A DNA stretch of 64,000 nucleotides from an uncultured Acidimicrobiales bacterium. GTDB lineage: Bacteria; Actinomycetota; Acidimicrobiia; Acidimicrobiales; SZUA-35. Position 1 is the first letter of the stretch. Each line of letters begins with the position of its first letter. The translations under genes were made by a program, and so were the position numbers. This document shows, one piece after another, positions 62,451 to 64,000 of the stretch. The notes below the pieces were generated by a model. It did no database searches, was not told the DNA's origin, and was given only the letters and a program-made list of their open reading frames with translations. The stretch lies in the NCBI GenBank assembly GCA_937922045.1, contig CAKZXA010000019.1:2315-66314 (forward strand), in the 5' to 3' direction.

Positions 62451-62524
62451 GATCTTCGCGCAGCCACGTTGGACGCGGGTAATTCGAATGATCGTCGCTT
62501 GCCGTTGGTCGCTAGCCTCGGACC

Positions 62525-63430
62525 ATGAACAGTGGTGACGTGGGTGAGACGAAGAAGGCTGAGGTTGGCGTGACGTCGATGGTGGCGCCGCTTCGTCGGG
62601 TTGTGATGAGGGCGCCGGGCGCCATCCTGACCGCTGATGCGCAGCGCTGGCATTACGGCAAGGAGGTCGACCCCGACCAGCTCAATGCTCAGTACCAGCA
62701 CTTCGCAGGGCTTGTTCGTGATGCCGGAGCGGAGATCGAATGGATTCCGTCGGATCCCGATGATGATTTGGCCGACTCGGTTTTCACCTATGATCCCTCG
62801 TTCGTTTTTGCCGACGGTGCGATCGTGCTGTCGTTGGGTAAGCCGTTGCGGGAAGGCGAAGCGGATCTTCACGAACGCTTCCTGCGCGACATTGGCGTAC
62901 CGGTGCTTGGCCGCATCGAACAGCCAGGATTGGTTGAGGGGGGCGATTTGTTCTGGCTGGACGACGCGACCCTCGCCGTGGGTCGCGGCTTCCGAACAAA
63001 CCAGGCTGGGATCGAGCAGCTCGCGGCCATCGTGGAACCTCGCGGTGTCGAATTGGTTGTGGTGGATCTGCCGTACTTCCATGGACCTGACGCCTGCCTT
63101 CATCTGCTGTCGGTTGTGAGTCCGTTGGACGTTGACTTGGCCCTGGTTCACGCGCCGTTGGTGCCGACCGCCCTGTATCAACGAATGGTTGCGATGGGCT
63201 ATGAGCTGTTGCATGCACCAGAGCAGGAGTTTGAGGCCTCCTTCGGGCTGAATCTCAATGTCTTGGCGACGGCGCCACGTCGGTGCATCGCTGTCGACGG
63301 GTTTCCTGCCACCGTTGAGCTGATGCGACAGGCTGGTTGCGAGGTGCAGACCTTTGTGGCCGACGAGCTGTGTCTGCCCTGCGAGGGTGGACCGACGTGT
63401 TTGACGAGACCGCTTCTGCGTCGGGTGTAG
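62525..63430 (+). CDS. amidinotransferase-fold protein (dimethylarginine dimethylaminohydrolase / arginine deiminase-like)
   Basis: VEGGDLFWLDD, HLLSV and a C-terminal catalytic-Cys context (CEGGPTCLTRPL). ATG 62579 is an alternative start. Confidence 0.65.
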   Translation: MNSGDVGETKKAEVGVTSMVAPLRRVVMRAPGAILTADAQRWHYGKEVDPDQLNAQYQHFAGLVRDAGAEIEWIPSDPDDDLADSVFTYDPSFVFADGAIVLSLGKPLREGEADLHERFLRDIGVPVLGRIEQPGLVEGGDLFWLDDATLAVGRGFRTNQAGIEQLAAIVEPRGVELVVVDLPYFHGPDACLHLLSVVSPLDVDLALVHAPLVPTALYQRMVAMGYELLHAPEQEFEASFGLNLNVLATAPRRCIAVDGFPATVELMRQAGCEVQTFVADELCLPCEGGPTCLTRPLLRRV

Positions 63431-63445
63431 CGCGACTCGTAGGTG

Positions 63446-64000
63446 TTACTCCAACCGAGGATCCTGGTCGACGACCCCGGTGGTGAGTTCGACGAGCGCT
63501 GACGCCGCCAGATTGGTAGTTCTAGCGAGGCCCGTTGAAACGGCTAGTGATGCCATGCGCTCCTCGATCGCAGCGGTGACTGCTTCGAAACGTACGCGAT
63601 CGATGCGACCATTGATGATGCCCATGCCCGTCACACGGTCAGTCCAATAGCGGAGATCGCTCGCTTGCCGTTGCTGGCTAGCCTCGGTGAGGCCGTCATC
63701 GCCGAGCAGTTGATCGACGATGTGACGGACCCGGCGGTCGAACATATCGGCTGGCAGAGTCGTTGCTGCAAGCAGGAGTTCAGTGGTATCGAGGGAGGCG
63801 TGTCGCTCGATTGGGAGTCGCCGTGTTGCTTGGACGATTGAGTCGAGTTGGTCTGCGCCGAGATGCCCGGCTGTCGTGGCCGCGGCGAATCGGCGTAGGT
63901 GGGTCAGCGCGTTGGCGCGCTGTGCATCTCGGCGCAAGGTCGAGGATCGCTCGCGTCTCTCCGAACTGCCGATGACGTCTTCGAGCACAACAGCATCGGC
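63446..64000 (-). CDS. DUF222-like protein fragment (N-terminal region of the HNH-endonuclease-associated 13E12-type family); 5' end may lie outside the window
   Basis: The segment GRIDRVRFEAVTAAIEERM...LAASALVEL resembles DUF222. The frame is open to the window edge. The ORF stops before any HNH motif. Confidence 0.5.
   Translation of the reverse strand, partial: ADAVVLEDVIGSSERRERSSTLRRDAQRANALTHLRRFAAATTAGHLGADQLDSIVQATRRLPIERHASLDTTELLLAATTLPADMFDRRVRHIVDQLLGDDGLTEASQQRQASDLRYWTDRVTGMGIINGRIDRVRFEAVTAAIEERMASLAVSTGLARTTNLAASALVELTTGVVDQDPRLE

Noticed and set aside
62207-63214. 335-aa minus-strand ORF spanning the LLM 5' end and the amidinotransferase-like gene
   Set aside because: It overlaps two supported genes. 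Its Arg/His/Gln-rich translation has low complexity and no motif.
1-64000. CRISPR arrays, rRNA genes, insertion sequences, prophage
   Set aside because: There are no spaced direct-repeat arrays and no rRNA-like conserved segments. No transposase or integrase motifs appear in any ORF. The only repeats found are short tandem duplications and coding low-complexity repeats.

Overview
A 64 kb high-GC chromosomal segment with about 55 tightly packed protein genes, 3 tRNAs (Gly-GCC, Cys-GCA, Val-GAC) and several hairpin terminators. It looks like Actinomycetota: F420-type LLM oxidoreductase, MenA, a DUF222 fragment, a MurA with Asp in place of the fosfomycin-target Cys, -10 boxes placed for leaderless starts, and a 6C-like sRNA. 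I found no rRNA, CRISPR array, transposase, integrase or prophage.

Gene content is mostly housekeeping:
- Cell envelope: lgt, murA, ddl, murF, a class B PBP, a serine hydrolase.
- Central carbon: citrate synthase, a mitochondrial-type aconitase, a Pat-like GNAT/acyl-CoA-synthetase-like acetyltransferase, a stand-alone carboxyltransferase.
- Other metabolism and regulation: metX, nei/fpg, alkB, menA, several TetR/LysR/GntR regulators.

Most interesting observations:
1. A TetR-flanked minus-strand operon (48245-53790) encodes a fatty-acyl reductase fused to a HAD-IB domain with an atypical DLENT motif, a LarA-like DUF2088 protein without larBCE, and a PlsC acyltransferase. I cannot map this to a described pathway, and it is my best candidate for an undescribed system.
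2. An unannotated, strongly structured sRNA (about 39683-39801) has two C-rich hairpin loops and an intrinsic terminator (6C-like). It is divergent from a LysR gene and next to aconitase.
3. The acn-gntR intergenic region holds a perfect 19-bp palindrome plus a perfect 2x15-bp tandem repeat carrying GTCACA. The 10-mer GTTGTCACAT recurs in a hairpin loop upstream of an rmlC-like gene.
4. Perfect short tandem duplications (11-23 bp) recur in at least five intergenic regions.
5. An orphan gamma-class N6-adenine DNA methyltransferase sits among core genes.

Function calls rest on motifs read by eye from the supplied translations. No database search or alignment was run.
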